This document shows, in pieces, positions 35,325 to 48,564 of a stretch of 64,000 nucleotides of DNA; the first letter of the stretch is position 1, and the number at the start of each line of letters is the position of its first letter. Under the pieces are notes generated by a model, which was given only the letters and a program-made list of their open reading frames with translations, did no database searches and was not told where the DNA came from. The DNA is from Camelus dromedarius (Eukaryota). The stretch covers positions 58,220,001 through 58,284,000 of the forward strand of contig NC_087437.1 in the NCBI RefSeq assembly GCF_036321535.1. The letters are read 5' to 3'. A program made the position numbers and the translations under genes.

Positions 35325-36929
35325 GTCTCTTCTGTTTTTCTGTTTTTTACTCTTAAATTGCTATTATTAAATTTTGTATTTACCAAAGTAATCCATGCAC
35401 CAGTTAAAACAAAAATGAAACAATACTGACATAATTGTAATAAAAAAATACCGATTTCCCACCTCACAGCTCCACATTCCCCAAAGGGATGCCCCTTCAG
35501 CAGTTTCTTATGGTAGACACCTCTGTTTTTGAGTCTGAGTATTAGCAAAACATAATGACAAAAGCATGGAAAAGGGAACAGTCACGATCGGTCCTCGCTG
35601 GTCACAGGTTTCTCCCATTCAGCTAGAATCCATTATTAGCCATTTTTAAGAGCTTCTCCTGAGTCCTTTCTTAAACCACATAATGCAATAAAAATACCCA
35701 CAGTATCAATTTTGTTGGAGAGGGATCAAGGACTCTGGCTTTCTCATTCAGGAGACAAAGCTAAGCAGTCAAAAGACCAATGAATCATAATTAATTGCAA
35801 AGAAGAGAGGAATTCTAAGTGCAAAGGTGATCTCGCCCTCTTCTGGACAAGAGCCCCCGAGTGCTAGGAAGCAGGTTAGGTGAGAAAGAGGAGGGAAGCC
35901 AATTTCATAGGAAAAATTTTTGAAAGTGAAGGTATGGGGACCGTTAGGGGAAAATAATGGAAGAAAATAAGTACAGCCCGTTCTTTAACACACAGAAATT
36001 GGACAATTAGGGGACCATATCTGTCTCCTTTCCCTGAGGCCTCTGAGGATCAAAAAGTCTGAATGGTGACTAGTAATATTCTTAGTGGGGTGGAGCAAAG
36101 CCCAAGCCATACTTTCCTGTTTTACCTGCAATGCTTTTGCACAGATGGAACCAGGTTAAAGGGAACAGTAAAGGCTAAAGAATAACGGAGACCAAAGCTG
36201 TCACAAGGGGAGGCAGACCTGGGAGATATGAGACCACTGGGCTGTGAGAGCCTTAAAATCCCAGACCATGTGATACTGGCATTCCCAGCACCTCACGGAG
36301 AGCCCATGCCACTGCGCAGCAGACACCCAACGAGTGAATGGCTAACTAATCCCACGAAATTGGCCTTAGAGAGGATGAGGAGAGGAGAAAGTTTGACTGT
36401 AGTTGTCTTACGAGCGATGTATGAATGAGCTAGATTTTAGAACATGCTGGAAGGACTATTTCCGTCTTAGCCACATGCATTCATGGGTCACCATCTATCA
36501 ATCAGCGAGATGGAGTGGGAGGCTAAGGTGGAAAGAGAAGGGGAGCAAAGCTTATGTCTTGATGATTGTGATGGGTCCTCATCCCCTAGTCTTATTCACT
36601 GGCTACTTTCGCAAAGCAATCTGTCAAGCAAATTAGACGTCAGGAGAAATTCAATAATACTAAATATTCAGCAGTAACTTCAATAGAATATTTGTCTTAA
36701 GCCTGAGCCAAGGGCCCCCAGAGATTTAGCATCTCCTTTCAGATGGACCCAGATAGTTGTAGGACTTCCCAGGATAAGTGGAGTTTCTGGTCTGCCCTAG
36801 GGAACTCTTCTGTCACACTCACGGAAGAGTCACAGTCACCTGTCGCTGCACTGTTTCCTCCTTGGTGTGCTCATTTCCAGTCCCGCCTTCAGTAGATAGA
36901 GAAATGAGCCTAGACTAGGACCCTGAAGA

Positions 36930-37075
36930 CTGGAATCTTGCTGCTTCTTGGTTGAGTAGCCTTTGCAAATCTGCAAACATCTCCATGTTTTCTGATTTGT
37001 AAAACAGGGAATAACACCTACCTCACTCATTACCATGGGAAACAAAATATCTTAAAACCTGGCACAGTTATCCCA
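36930..37075 (+). mobile_element. MIR SINE fragment
   Basis: tttctgatttgtaaaacagggaataacacctacctca. Confidence 0.65.
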
Positions 37076-37089
37076 TAGCAGTTAGAATA

Positions 37090-37645
37090 TAATCCTGGCA
37101 CAGTGGCCTAAAAACCTCCTTTTGATCTAGCCCCTGCCTATGTCTTCAGTACCTTCTGCTTCTCTCCGCTTGCTCATTACGTTGCAATGTGGTCCTTCTC
37201 TTCTCTCTCTTGCCCAGTGTCAGTATCTCCCCCACATCAGGGCTGCAGTAATCTCCTTGACATTCCTTGCTTGTTCCTCGCCATCCAGGTCTCAGCTCAT
37301 ACGACATCTTTTTCAAAGACATTCTCTCTCTCCACGCCATCAAATGTTTTACACCTATGCTCTGCATCCTACCACCAGCTGGTCACATCCTAGCATGTTA
37401 CTCTGTTGTAGTTTCTTGAGAACAATGATCACTATTTGAGTTTATCTGACAGACTTGTTTGCTTACTTGTTCGCTTACTTGTTCACTAGTTGTCTCCCTC
37501 CAATCAGTAATATAAACACTAATAGAGCCAGGACCTTATATCGCTTGTCCTTGGAATTATGTCTGGCCAGCACATAATAAATGAAAAGAAATATCTGAGT
37601 TAAAGCAGTATATTCAATAAATGTTTGAGCTGAAATATTTGATGA
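37090..37645 (+). mobile_element. L2 LINE 3' region
   Basis: tgatctagcccctgccta..; ggtctcagctca..; ttgtctccctcc..; tattcaataaatgtttgagc end. Confidence 0.8.
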
Positions 37646-37759
37646 AAGGCATTCATCAACTGGGAAGTACAATGCACGTGTATATGCATATGTGCATTCA
37701 CTTCTCTCAAGAGGGTACTAGAGGGAAAAGAGCAGAAGGTAAGGAATAAAAGAATACTC

Positions 37760-37950
37760 GGATTTCATTTTGCCTTGACTGCTCTTCAGTAGTCCAGAGT
37801 AGGGCAAGCGACTCCTTTGCTTCTCCGTACATTGGTTTTCTCATCTGTAAAAGGAGGAAAATGGTATTGATCTCACAGGTTGTCTGGAGACTCAGATCTA
37901 ATGTTGACAGAATCTCTGTGCACACTGACTCATCGCTCATGGAAGTTACT
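37760..37950 (+). mobile_element. MIR SINE
   Basis: gggcaagcgact..gttttctcatctgtaaaagg..tctcacaggttg. Confidence 0.75.
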
Positions 37951-38617
37951 GTCATTCTCCAACATATGATCCTAAACTAGGAGGATGAGGAGGTTCTTAA
38001 CACCTTTTGTATTTAAAAAAAGCAAGACTTTGGGTGGCATTAGTGAGAAATCATAGAGGGAGTTTATTTTATCCAAACTCTTCCCCAAAGCATCAAAATT
38101 CTGTGAACCATGCCTTCATTTGCATAAGTATATTTGAATGTCCTAATTAGAAACTTTGGCAAGAATCCAAAGAAAGGAATTTAGGATTTTGCCCTCAAGG
38201 AAGAAGATAATTCTTCCCAAAACAGCCACCCCATTTTCATGCTGCAAAAGACAGGTGAAAAATGCATCAATGTTGCTTACAGAAATTAGACTGAGCAGTT
38301 GGATTAACATCAATTTACCAATGAAGCAGGAAGAGCCATTTCAAATAAAGCACATTGTATTTTATTTAGCGACAAGTCCTGGCCTCTTCTAGCTCTGTGT
38401 AATGACAACCATTCTAATGCTTTCACAAAGAAAACTGTTTGGGAGGAAAGAAGGGGATGAGGGCATCTATACTTGATCTGAGTAGGCATGCTGCACTTCT
38501 CCGCTGAGTTCCAGGGCTTCCTCAGAGATGGCACAGATCCAATCCAAACCCTCAGGTCCGCCCTTTGACTCGAGGGGAAACCTAGCGCTTGATGGATTCA
38601 CAACCCTCCAGCCCAGG

Positions 38618-38826
38618 GCTGGGAATCAGAAAGTCTGGGCTTGGGTACTGACTTTGCCATTTCTGATTCATGTAGGACCTTGGGCTAACCATTTTACATT
38701 CTCTTTGCTTATAATTCTTCTGCTGCAAAATGGAAATAAAATTGATACCTGCCTCAGATGGAGGAATTAAGTAAGACCCCGTGTGGAGAAAACTCTTTGT
38801 AAAGGGCAAAGTGCTATATAAATGTT
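38618..38826 (+). mobile_element. MIR SINE
   Basis: gggaatcagaaagtctggg..gaccttgggctaa..tgcaaaatggaaata..ctttgtaaa..aaagtgctatataaatgt. Confidence 0.8.
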
Positions 38827-40299
38827 CCACATTTTAAATCCTGTCCTCCTCTGTCTCTGAGCCCTCTGACACAAGGAGTTATGATGCTACTCCTCTTGGT
38901 AGACAGGTTTGCAACACTCAAGTCCCCGAGCACTCACTGGGAAGATACATACATGATACAGGTGCCACTTTTCTTCTTCCTGTGCCCACAGCTGGCATTG
39001 CTAATATATCACAACACTTTTTTCTGCTGAGTCTGGACCTAATCTCAAAGTCCCCATCATAACCTTCCAGCAGCTACCATCAATTGATGGGGTGGGCATG
39101 GGAGATAGAGCTGATTGGCCAGCCCTCTGAAGCCTCTGAAACCTGTGACCAAAGTATCCCACACTCTGTTCTCTGTTGTCCCGATTGAGGATACACAGAA
39201 TGCCCCACAAGTGCATGGAGATGACATCCCAGAGTGACAGACACACTTCTTAGTCTGCACACACACACATACAGAGCAGCGCTGGCTCAAGCGTGCGTTT
39301 GTTACGTCTGAGTTAATTTCATAGTGGAAAAAAAGGCAAATGTTCAGGGAAATGTTGGCAACAGTACAATTTATGATAAATCAAATTGCCTGAAGAGATG
39401 TGTAAAAGGGTTTTGGAGACAACAAAGGCTCTGGGACTGAGCAGCAAACGTCAAGTTAGCTATGGAACTGGGGGGAGTGTGCATACCGTGTAACTGGATC
39501 AATCCCCTAATTGTTCTCTGTTTTCCTGTCAAATAGGATAATTAGAAAACATTTTGATTCTCAGTAGAATCAATGCTTTCCTTAGTCTTTGAGAAGAAGT
39601 ATGTCTTCTAGAGAACTCAGCTATTAATACTAAAATCTCTCTCTTTTTAGTTCCAGAAGGAACTAAGCATTTTGTGAATGTGATCACAGGTCCTTCTCTG
39701 GCAATCCAGACGTCAGATGCAGTCCTGAATGAACAGAAGTTGCTCCGCACCTGTCAAGCATCCCCCCTTGCAGATGGAAAACTATGTCTTTGATTCAGCT
39801 CTGGCGTAAATTTGCCTGGCATGAGGTGACCCACTCTGTCACTTTTTACCAAGGCCAAGCAGTCTCTCATTTCATGGGAAACTACACTTGCCCGCTACCC
39901 CAGCTCAAGGAAGTGAACAGCTCTCCGCTTTGTGTCATCAGGGACATGACCAAAGAAAGACTTATGTATAAACATGTTTTCTTAATTAAAATAATAAATG
40001 TGTTTTATATGCAGAAATAGTCAAAGTCTAATTTTCAAAGATTTACAATTTTCATGTTAAGAAACATTCAAGTCCTAGAAGCTGGAAAGCTCATCATAAA
40101 TAATGCCAAAGAACAAAAGTGTCACAAATTCTTTTTCTGAGCCTAGAGATTGTTGCTTCTATTTGCTTTAAGAGTCTGGCATTAAAGTCCAACTCAAGAA
40201 ATGTATTTTAAGAAAAAATAGGTCTTTATTTTGGACAAGGGAGATTATAGCTTTTCTTATTATCTTCTGACCCTTTTTTTAAAGCCATTTTTTATTTTA

Positions 40300-40535
40300 C
40301 TGTTGAATAGCTAACAATTCCCTTGGAGTTTATAAAGCACTTTTTCAGTTTATGTATCTCATTTGATCCTCATGTTAGAGCTTTAGCAATATCAACACCA
40401 ACTTTCAGAGGAAATATGGAGACTCAAATGGATTAAGCCACATGGCCAAGGTCATAGAGCTGGAAAGTGCAAAATATAGGACTTGAATCCATATAAGCTG
40501 ATTCCTGGAATGGTCTGCTTTACAGCCACATGCCC
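40300..40535 (-). mobile_element. MIR SINE
   Basis: aaagcactttt..tatctcatttgatcctca..ccaaggtcatagagctggaaagtg..ggacttgaatcc. Confidence 0.8.
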
Positions 40536-41304
40536 ACCTAAAGAGTGGCTTAAGGCAGGGATTATGTTTCCTGTGAAGCTAGAACAGGGATTTTTTTTTT
40601 ACCTAATAGAAATTCTGGGGCCAGGAGAGTGAGCCAAGATGGAGTCAATACGAGGAGTCAGAGAGCTAAGAGTTAGAGAAAACAAACCCAAAGGAGCCAA
40701 AGATGCCAAGTTTGGGGTCGGTTGGAGGTGACATCAAAAAAAAAAAAGCAGTAGAGAGTAAACCAGACAGTTGATTTGCATATGAGCTGACATTTGCAGT
40801 GTACCTTACAAACTAGAAGTTTTATGATGCTTGAGTTAATGGTGGGGTTAATAGGGCAGAAGCAAAGAGGGCAATTTGCAGCCTTCCATGCTGGTGGAGA
40901 GAAAGTACCTAAAACCCATCCAGGCTGGACCTCTCCTGGTTCTCTGGCTTTGCCACCATGGGCCGGGTGGCATTTGTGAGAAACTAAACAGGTCAAGGGC
41001 TGCCACTAAGGCAGAGTGAGAAAACAACACATTTTAGTTTGTTGTTTCCAAGAATGCGGACTGTTACAACACAAAATCTAGTTCATGTAGGCATGGAAAC
41101 TGGCCATCTGGGACTGGACATGTTTAATAATGAAGGAAGCACGTGTCCCAGTGGTGAAGGTTAGAGCCAAATAGTAAAGGGAAGTCCCTGCCAAAACACA
41201 AAGCAAAAGGAGTGGCACATCCCTGTAGCTGACTCATGGACAGAGCCAGGCAGAGAGCAGCCCAGTAGAAGGTGCTGTAGAACTGGGCCCAGCCTTGAGC
41301 CTGT

Positions 41305-41650
41305 CCATCATAACAGTGATGGCTATAATTTAGTGTAGACTTACTCCTGAAACTAATGTTGTAAATCAACTACACTTCAATAAAAAATAAGAATGAAAAA
41401 GTAGTGTACCCTTACTATGTGTCAGGCATGTGTACTGTGACTTACAAATATTCTTTCATTAATCTTCAAAAGTACCATGAACTGATTATTTTTAAGGACA
41501 TTTTTGTAGATGAGAAAAGTGGTTCTGAGACATACAGTGATTTATTCAGGGCCAGACAGCTAGTAGGAGGCAAGCCAGGACTGAGACAGGAGCCAGGCTC
41601 CAAAGTCTATGCACTTGGCCAGAACACTAAACATTCTTTTCATTACACAG
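41305..41650 (-). mobile_element. MIR SINE containing a tiny L1 tail
   Basis: cttactatgtgtcaggca..ttttgtagatgagaaaa..cagctagtagg..ctccaaagtc. Confidence 0.8.
41346..41401 (+). mobile_element. 56-bp young L1 3' terminus with TSD
   Basis: cctgaaactaatgttgtaaatcaactacacttcaataaaaaa; flanks tagtgtagacttact / tagtgtacccttact (13/15). Confidence 0.8.
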
Positions 41651-42589
41651 AGTGATTGGACAGTAAGTTGATTATGGCGAACCACATCTAATAACATTGC
41701 TCCAAGTCTTTTTCAGTCATGTCAGCAACATACAGTGGACTTTGCCAAGTGTTTTCTTTATGTTTATCAATTGCTCTACTGGTTTTTAGCACCATTGTCA
41801 GCCATTGCGAACCGACTCTCCTTTCAGCCTGAGCTCTAAGGACCTCATTTAGTAGCTGACAACTCCCTGGGCACCAGTGCCTAACTAGCTTGGGTATTCT
41901 TAGGAAATTTTATTGACCTCATAGTGCCCACTGAGCATCGTGGGAGCAGGCGGTTCAGCGTCTCAAGCACAGCTCCAAGGAGCAAACTTTCACAGAGTTT
42001 TATCTAGGCCAATGTCCATATGGTAACACCTTTCACACTCCTTCCTGATTCGTCCACTCTCTCCCACTCTCTCCACAGCTGTCCACATCGCACGGCAAGC
42101 AGCTGAGGACAAAGGCACGGTGAAAGAGTAAGCCTACAGATGCGGCCTCAAGGCAAGGCCAGTGTGAAGATGGCTGTTTTGCGGAGTCTCATTTTGATCT
42201 ATGGATTGTTCCGTGGACATTCGGCATCACACCCTGAAAAAAATCCTAGCTGATTCTGCCTGCTTTCTCCACGTTGAAGCCAAAGACATATTGCTTCACT
42301 AATGTCCAGCAAATTCCAGGATCACAAAATTATTAGGGCACTTTTAACTATGTCCCCTAAGTGGAGGCTGCAATATATTCTAAGACAAAGGAAATTTGGA
42401 CATCATCAAAAATAGAGGGGTTTACACTAAAGGGCAAAAAGGAAGAGGAGCATAGACCAACATGTCCAATGTCTCTTCAGCCCAGTTTCTAATATAGCTC
42501 ACTCCAGTTCTTTCTGATCAACTCCAATCATCCCCAGTAATAATGTATTTGTGGTTTAAAGGGTGTTGTTAGAGTGTAGGCAGTGTTTT

Positions 42590-43095
42590 CATATTAGTGT
42601 TTTCAGTTTTAAGCAAGAGAAACAAAATCTGTCTGATTTCCACAGAAAATTCATAAAAAAATATATTGAGGAGTTATCAGGAAAGCTGGAGAAACAGAGC
42701 CAGAAGAAAAGGAGGAGCTAGTCTGGTTAGGATGGTGCTGCCATGACAACCACAGATGACACTAGAACTCATCTTCACTGTGGTCACTGAGTACAGCCCC
42801 TGGTCAGCCTGCCACGGCCGCCAGTGAAATGGCTTCTCCCCAAGCCGTACTTCTTTGCATCACTGGCTCCTGATTAGATTCTCATGTGGGTGAACATAAT
42901 CAGCCAGCCTAGATTTTGTGTTCATATTCTAGCTGCAAAAGAGGCTGGGAAAATTACTATACGGTCTTGTTGGCTTATAGTAGAAGGTTGGTTTTGCTTC
43001 CCTTCAAAATTCACAAGGCAGGAAATTCCCCCAGTCATGGGGCTGGAGGTGTTAAGATGCTAGTTAGCCAAAAATGTGACATTTTTTTGTCTGTA
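42590..43095. mobile_element. Old MaLR LTR (MLT1-family)
   Basis: tattagt..ttttcagtt..aagcaagagaaac; ctagctgcaaaagaggctgggaaa; caaggcaggaaattcccc. Confidence 0.65.
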
Positions 43096-44029
43096 CCACT
43101 TCTAAAGTTTTCAAATGACATCAGCTTCTTCAAACTGTGACACGGCCTTGTGTTTTAGACTATTACTGGATTTTTTAATTTTTCCAGTTCTTTAAAAAAG
43201 TTTCCAATATTCAAAATTATTCTTATACCATTCTTGAAATCTATTCAAAGACTTTTTCTGGATAATTAGCATGCTCCTAAAACTAGGTAAGTGAAATTCC
43301 CAACCCAATAATAAGTTTTATTTTTGTTTCTAGGTCAGTTCGATTTAGCTCAATCAGTCAGAAAAATCTATGATTACTAAAAATAAATTAAAAATTAAAA
43401 AGCAAGCCAGTGAGCAGAAAAAAATTGACAAGATAACAAGTACTTAACAAATATATGCTACACAGATACCTCTTTGTTTGGAATTGCAGCTGTCTTGCAA
43501 TAAATAGTACAAATATAAACAAATTCAATAGACATTTCAGAATTTGCTTAGAACAGCAGACATTCTATGTCCTTAAACAATCCCCAAAAGAATCATTCAG
43601 AATATGCCATTCCTTGTTCAAGCCCATGAAATCTATTTACAATCAAACTGACAACTAAACCCCTCACAGAGACCCTGATTCCTTGTTTGTAACTATCTAC
43701 TCCCTGACATAGAAATCTGTTTCTCCTTTGGAGTTAACATTGATGTAAGCTTGTGTGCATGTGTACAGACACTGTTTTTTCATCTGAAAGAGTCATGATC
43801 ATCATGTTTAGATGTTGACCATGTAGTATTTTGCATATAAAAGACCAACAATTGGCTGAATTAAAATCTAGTTGGTAAAATTTATTCCTTTCACACTCAC
43901 AGTTAAAGTAGTGAAATGAACACGATCTATATTCACTCTTTTCTGATCCAACTTTATAAAGAGAAAAAAGGCAAAAAATTAAAGTGTAAACTTAAAAAAG
44001 ATAGAACTGGAAAGGTAGATAAATTTGGG

Positions 44030-44712
44030 GAAACTAGGAGGCGCATGGATGAGTTTTGACTTACCATTCTTACCAAAGGCAGAAAAAGCTGAAACTTAAA
44101 CCCACAGGGGTGAGGTACATAAACAGGAAACTGGTCTCTTTGCATTGCAGAATGCTAAGAAAGTTCAAGAATGAGAGGTACTAGGACTCTGAAGACAGAA
44201 GGGCAAATTTGGGTTAGCAAAAGAAGATTGGTTGCAAGTCTTTATAAAGAATATTTCAAACTCTAAGTACCCTTATCCTTCCTTGGAAGAAGACTGGAGG
44301 TTTACCTTCTGAAGATGATGAAGTATCCAGGTTCTGGGCTAAGGGACATCACTTACAACCAAGGACAAGAGTGAGGTGCCTACATTGAAAATCAGGGCAT
44401 TAAGAGAAAGTGGGCAACAGTGACGGTGAGCATCCTTCCCCTTCTGTGTTTTGGCTCTTAGATGATGGATAGGTGGTTTCTACTTATGAAAAATATTTCA
44501 CAATCAGTAAGTACATCACAGTCACCGATGCTGGCAGCAGAGCTAGAGCAGAGTCTTGGTGGACTTAGTGGACCCCAGCTATACTTGCAATTGCTAAGTC
44601 GTGGTGAAATGAGGGGTCTGGGGTTTCTGGTATGTACACCAGTGTTTAAAGAATTGCTAGGATCATATTATTAAATATATGCTAAATAGCAACCCTGCTT
44701 AGATCTGCAAAC

Positions 44713-44779
<67 letters not shown>

Positions 44780-44780
44780 G

Positions 44781-44851
<71 letters not shown>

Positions 44852-45260
44852 GAGAAAGAGAGAAAGAGAGAAAGAGTGAAAGGAAGGGAGGAAGGGAGGA
44901 AGGGAGGAAGGAAGAATTGTTCTATTGGTTAAGGGACTAGCCTAATAGAAAAGACCGCAGATACTGCCATTTGGGACCCCCAACAAAATGGCTAGACCTT
45001 GCCCGATTGCCCTACATTGAAGCCTGCTGTGCACTAAGTTCTCCCATGCTTATCGTTCTCCACCTGTGTTTTAGATTCTTCTTATTATATGAACCACCAA
45101 GGTTATCTAGGTACTAGAGAAGAGCCTCTATTTACCTGTAAATAATCCACAGAAAAGGGGAGCTCAGAGGAAACAGAAAGAGTTTAAAGAATAGAAGAAA
45201 ACATTTTAAAAGCTGAGGTCCTATTCTCAGAGATATTTATTCCTTAAAAAAATATTGATG
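44030..45260 (+). mobile_element. Old L1M/HAL1 5' region interrupted by an insert and microsatellite
   Basis: ggaagaagactggaggtttaccttctg; gaaaagaccgcagatactgccatttggg; ccaccaaggttatctagg. Confidence 0.55.
44713..44916. repeat. (GAAA)n / (GA)n / (GGAA)n polypurine microsatellite
   Basis: 204 nt of purines with a single T at 44877. Confidence 0.97.
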
Positions 45261-45829
45261 GAGCATGGTAACAAATACCCTTCTGGGCACCAGAGTTTAA
45301 ACATTTAACAAAATAGACAAAGACCATTCTAGTGAGGAGCTTATATAATGTGTACTATACTATAGTCTAGACAATATACTAGAATCACATTATATCATAA
45401 TAAGAATAAGGAAGAAAACACAGGAGAGAAAAGCAGTAGAGAGCAATGGGGTAGATAGTGGTACATAAGGAGGGCTACTTTGTATAATGTGTCATAAAAG
45501 GCTGGAGTCAACTGTGGATAAATGGTATTTAAAGCTATGAAAGTAAATAAGACCACATACAGAGAGAAAGTGGCTAGAGAAAAGAGGGCTGGTTTCTGTT
45601 TTAAATTCTTAAAATATTTAGACAAAGCAAATAGTGACATGTTTTAAACAAATAAACAGAGCAAATAGTTAAGGCTTTTACAGAGTGACAATGTTTAGAG
45701 GTTGAAAGGAGAAGCAAAGGAGATGGAAAAGGTTGACCAAATTCAGGAGAAGAAAAAGGGGCTCCAAGAAAAGGATACACTGAGCATAAAAGTTCTACCA
45801 AGAGGGATTGTAGAAAATGAAGAACGGAG

Positions 45830-46000
45830 AGCAGAAATAAATGATTCAACGGAGGATTGTGGGATAAAGTTGAAGAAGTCTGTCAGAAAGAAAAATAAAA
45901 AGAAAGAAATAGAAAATGGGAAAGGAAAGAGCAGACTCTAGAAAATCAGATCAGTGGTACTATGGTCCAAAAGACAGAAGTTCCAGGAAAAAGAGCATCA
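45830..46000 (+). mobile_element. HAL1/L1M ORF1 remnant
   Basis: attcaacggaggattg..gataaagttgaagaa.tct..cagaaag..gaaatagaaaat..gaagttccagga. Confidence 0.6.
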
Positions 46001-48564
46001 GTGTTGCTGAGAATAGAGTATCTAATACTACGGTGAGTTATGCTGCATTTTTTTCACTTGCCACCTTTATAATCTCTCTCTTAATGGATGTGATTGAAAC
46101 ATGATTCATGGATGTCTTTTACTCCTAAATGGAAAAATCTTTTTTTCCAAAAAGACAAAAAACTATGACCATCAGTTTCAAGGGTAAATTTTAGATATCA
46201 TGGTTTTGTGGCTGTAATGGATTTTTATGTCCTTGAAAATATTGTCTGAGTTTTTCCAATAGAAGTATCATAGTTATGAGTAATCGAAGGAAAAATATTT
46301 TCCTCAACTACAATAATTTCCAATACGCACACAAAAATGAAAATCTTGAATTTACAATTTAGTGAGTTAGCATCAGTCACGGGAACTATGGGGAAGTTCA
46401 CAATCGTATGTCCAGCCAAATAAAGGCCACCCCAGACATGGAAGTAATGGGTTCATTTTTCATGCTATGACATATTTTGGAATCTCTTATGTTCCTAGTC
46501 ACAGTAAAGAAAATGATCATGTGGTGGCTAATGTTGGCATAACTTAATATTTTTCTCAGGAACTGAGAATACTATTTTTGAATAGCATTTTGTTCAAATA
46601 TATGAGACTAAAGAAATTTGAATAAGTATAATCAAAATAACAAACAAGCAAACAAAACCGGGATGGTTATATAAAGAAAAATATATAAGTATCAATACAT
46701 AAATGTGAAGAAACAAGGTGAATCCTGTTTTTAACTACTTTTTATTTGGTTTCTGGTGATTTTCAATTGGAGTTAAAGCACCTATTTAACCCCAGGGCAA
46801 ATATATGACTGGTGCAGCCAGAGTTTCAAATTCAGACAAGACCAACGAGTCACTCCAGTCTGGTGATAGATTTAGAAGAGAAAAATGAGTTAGGTTGGGA
46901 AATTTCCATTTCTATTAGTGATGTTATTTCCACATCAATCTTCCTATCTAGACCAAATTGTAGACTTTTACCTCCCAAATGTAAACATGACAACGAATAT
47001 TTATTTGCTCTGTGAATTTTCAATTTTAGTATGTGTTTTGTGTACAGGATGGAAGTCAACATGATGAGACACCCCTGGCAATAGTTATCTAGGCATATGG
47101 AAAAATGGATAGCTGCTTTCTACATTTTTAGCAAATGGACTTTTTTCTTTAATAAATAATATGGATATAATTCTTGACAATGCATGGCTTTGGTTGAATC
47201 AATTCCATTAGCATGAATATTTCCATAAAGCACACTCCATTCACAAAGCACCTCAATTTTTAATAGTACTGAACAGGGGCACCATTCGTTTATATATAAT
47301 TCTGTATGCAGGTGTTCTGCCTACCTTAAAATTAAAGTAAACATGTATATATATAAAAAGAGAGAGAGAGAGAATAAAAACATATCTGATCTGGCTTAGA
47401 TTCCCAAAGCCTTGGGATTTTTATTTATGTCCTTATGAGAGGTAAAGAGTCTTAGCAACAGGAATTAATAGCAGGATTTTTTGGATACTGTTTTGTCATT
47501 TTTGAAATGAGCTTTATGCCTCAGTGTTGGTTCTTTCTTTTGATGTCCTCCTCTAGTATCACAAATATTAATGAGTCTGTTCTTTTTTTAATTGTGCATA
47601 TCTAATGATCAGTCTATGTATGGTGCCAAGTATGCTAGATTTGCAATCAAAATGACTCTGAAAGAGACCCTTTGGCATTTCCATTTCCCCCTTCTTTACT
47701 TATGAGCTGGAGGTAATAACTCCTACCTCTCAGGGTTGTTATGAGCTTTGAATGATTCCATGGGAGTGCTTTGTATATATCAAACAAGTTCTAATACAGC
47801 CAGAGATATTAATATTAATGTTCACAGTGCTAAGTCATTCTGATCTATTTTTGTGACCAATAATAGCATTTTGTAGGCTAGATATTACCCCAACCAGGAT
47901 AGAGAACAGCCCCTTGGATACTTGCCTCTCTTTGCTGTTTTGGGCCATAGAGGATATAGACAATCAGTGAAGCAGCCTGATTTAGAATCATAAAATTCTA
48001 GTGCAGAAAGGATCTGAGAGATCATCCCGTATTTTGTATTATATCAAGGATCTTTATGTCTAGAATGATGGGCAGATGGTTTTGAGGGTGACTGCTTATG
48101 AGATTGATCTGTGCCTAAAATTCAAATGGCGAGTTTTGATTCATTAGTATAAGATGGGTGCAGAGTCATTTAAAAATATGATCATGATATTTTCTTTTAG
48201 ATGAAACAATGTTCTTAGCAAATAGCCTCAGGCTTTTTGGCTTCCTCTTCCATACCTCCCTGCCTTTGCTCTTATCTCACCCCACCCAACTGTATAAAAT
48301 GGGTTATATATTTCTTGACCACCAAGAAAACATTGGCATTGGTTCAGATTATAAAGAGCTAGTTGCTGAATCTCAGACAACTTCTCAAAATCGTTGTAGG
48401 ATCATGTGTAATTTTTATTTGGAATGTCTTGGGGGAGTAAAATTAGTTTCTAAGGAAAAATTAAGTTTAAATTTACAATTAGAAAAATATTCTTTCACAT
48501 CATAGCTATAAAATTGTGCCATTGAATTATTAAAGACCATATTCTATTTATCATGAAATTACAA

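Noticed and set aside
45702..45941. K/E-rich coiled-coil-looking ORF
   Set aside because: Purine-rich, partly HAL1/L1 ORF1 remnant; not a host gene
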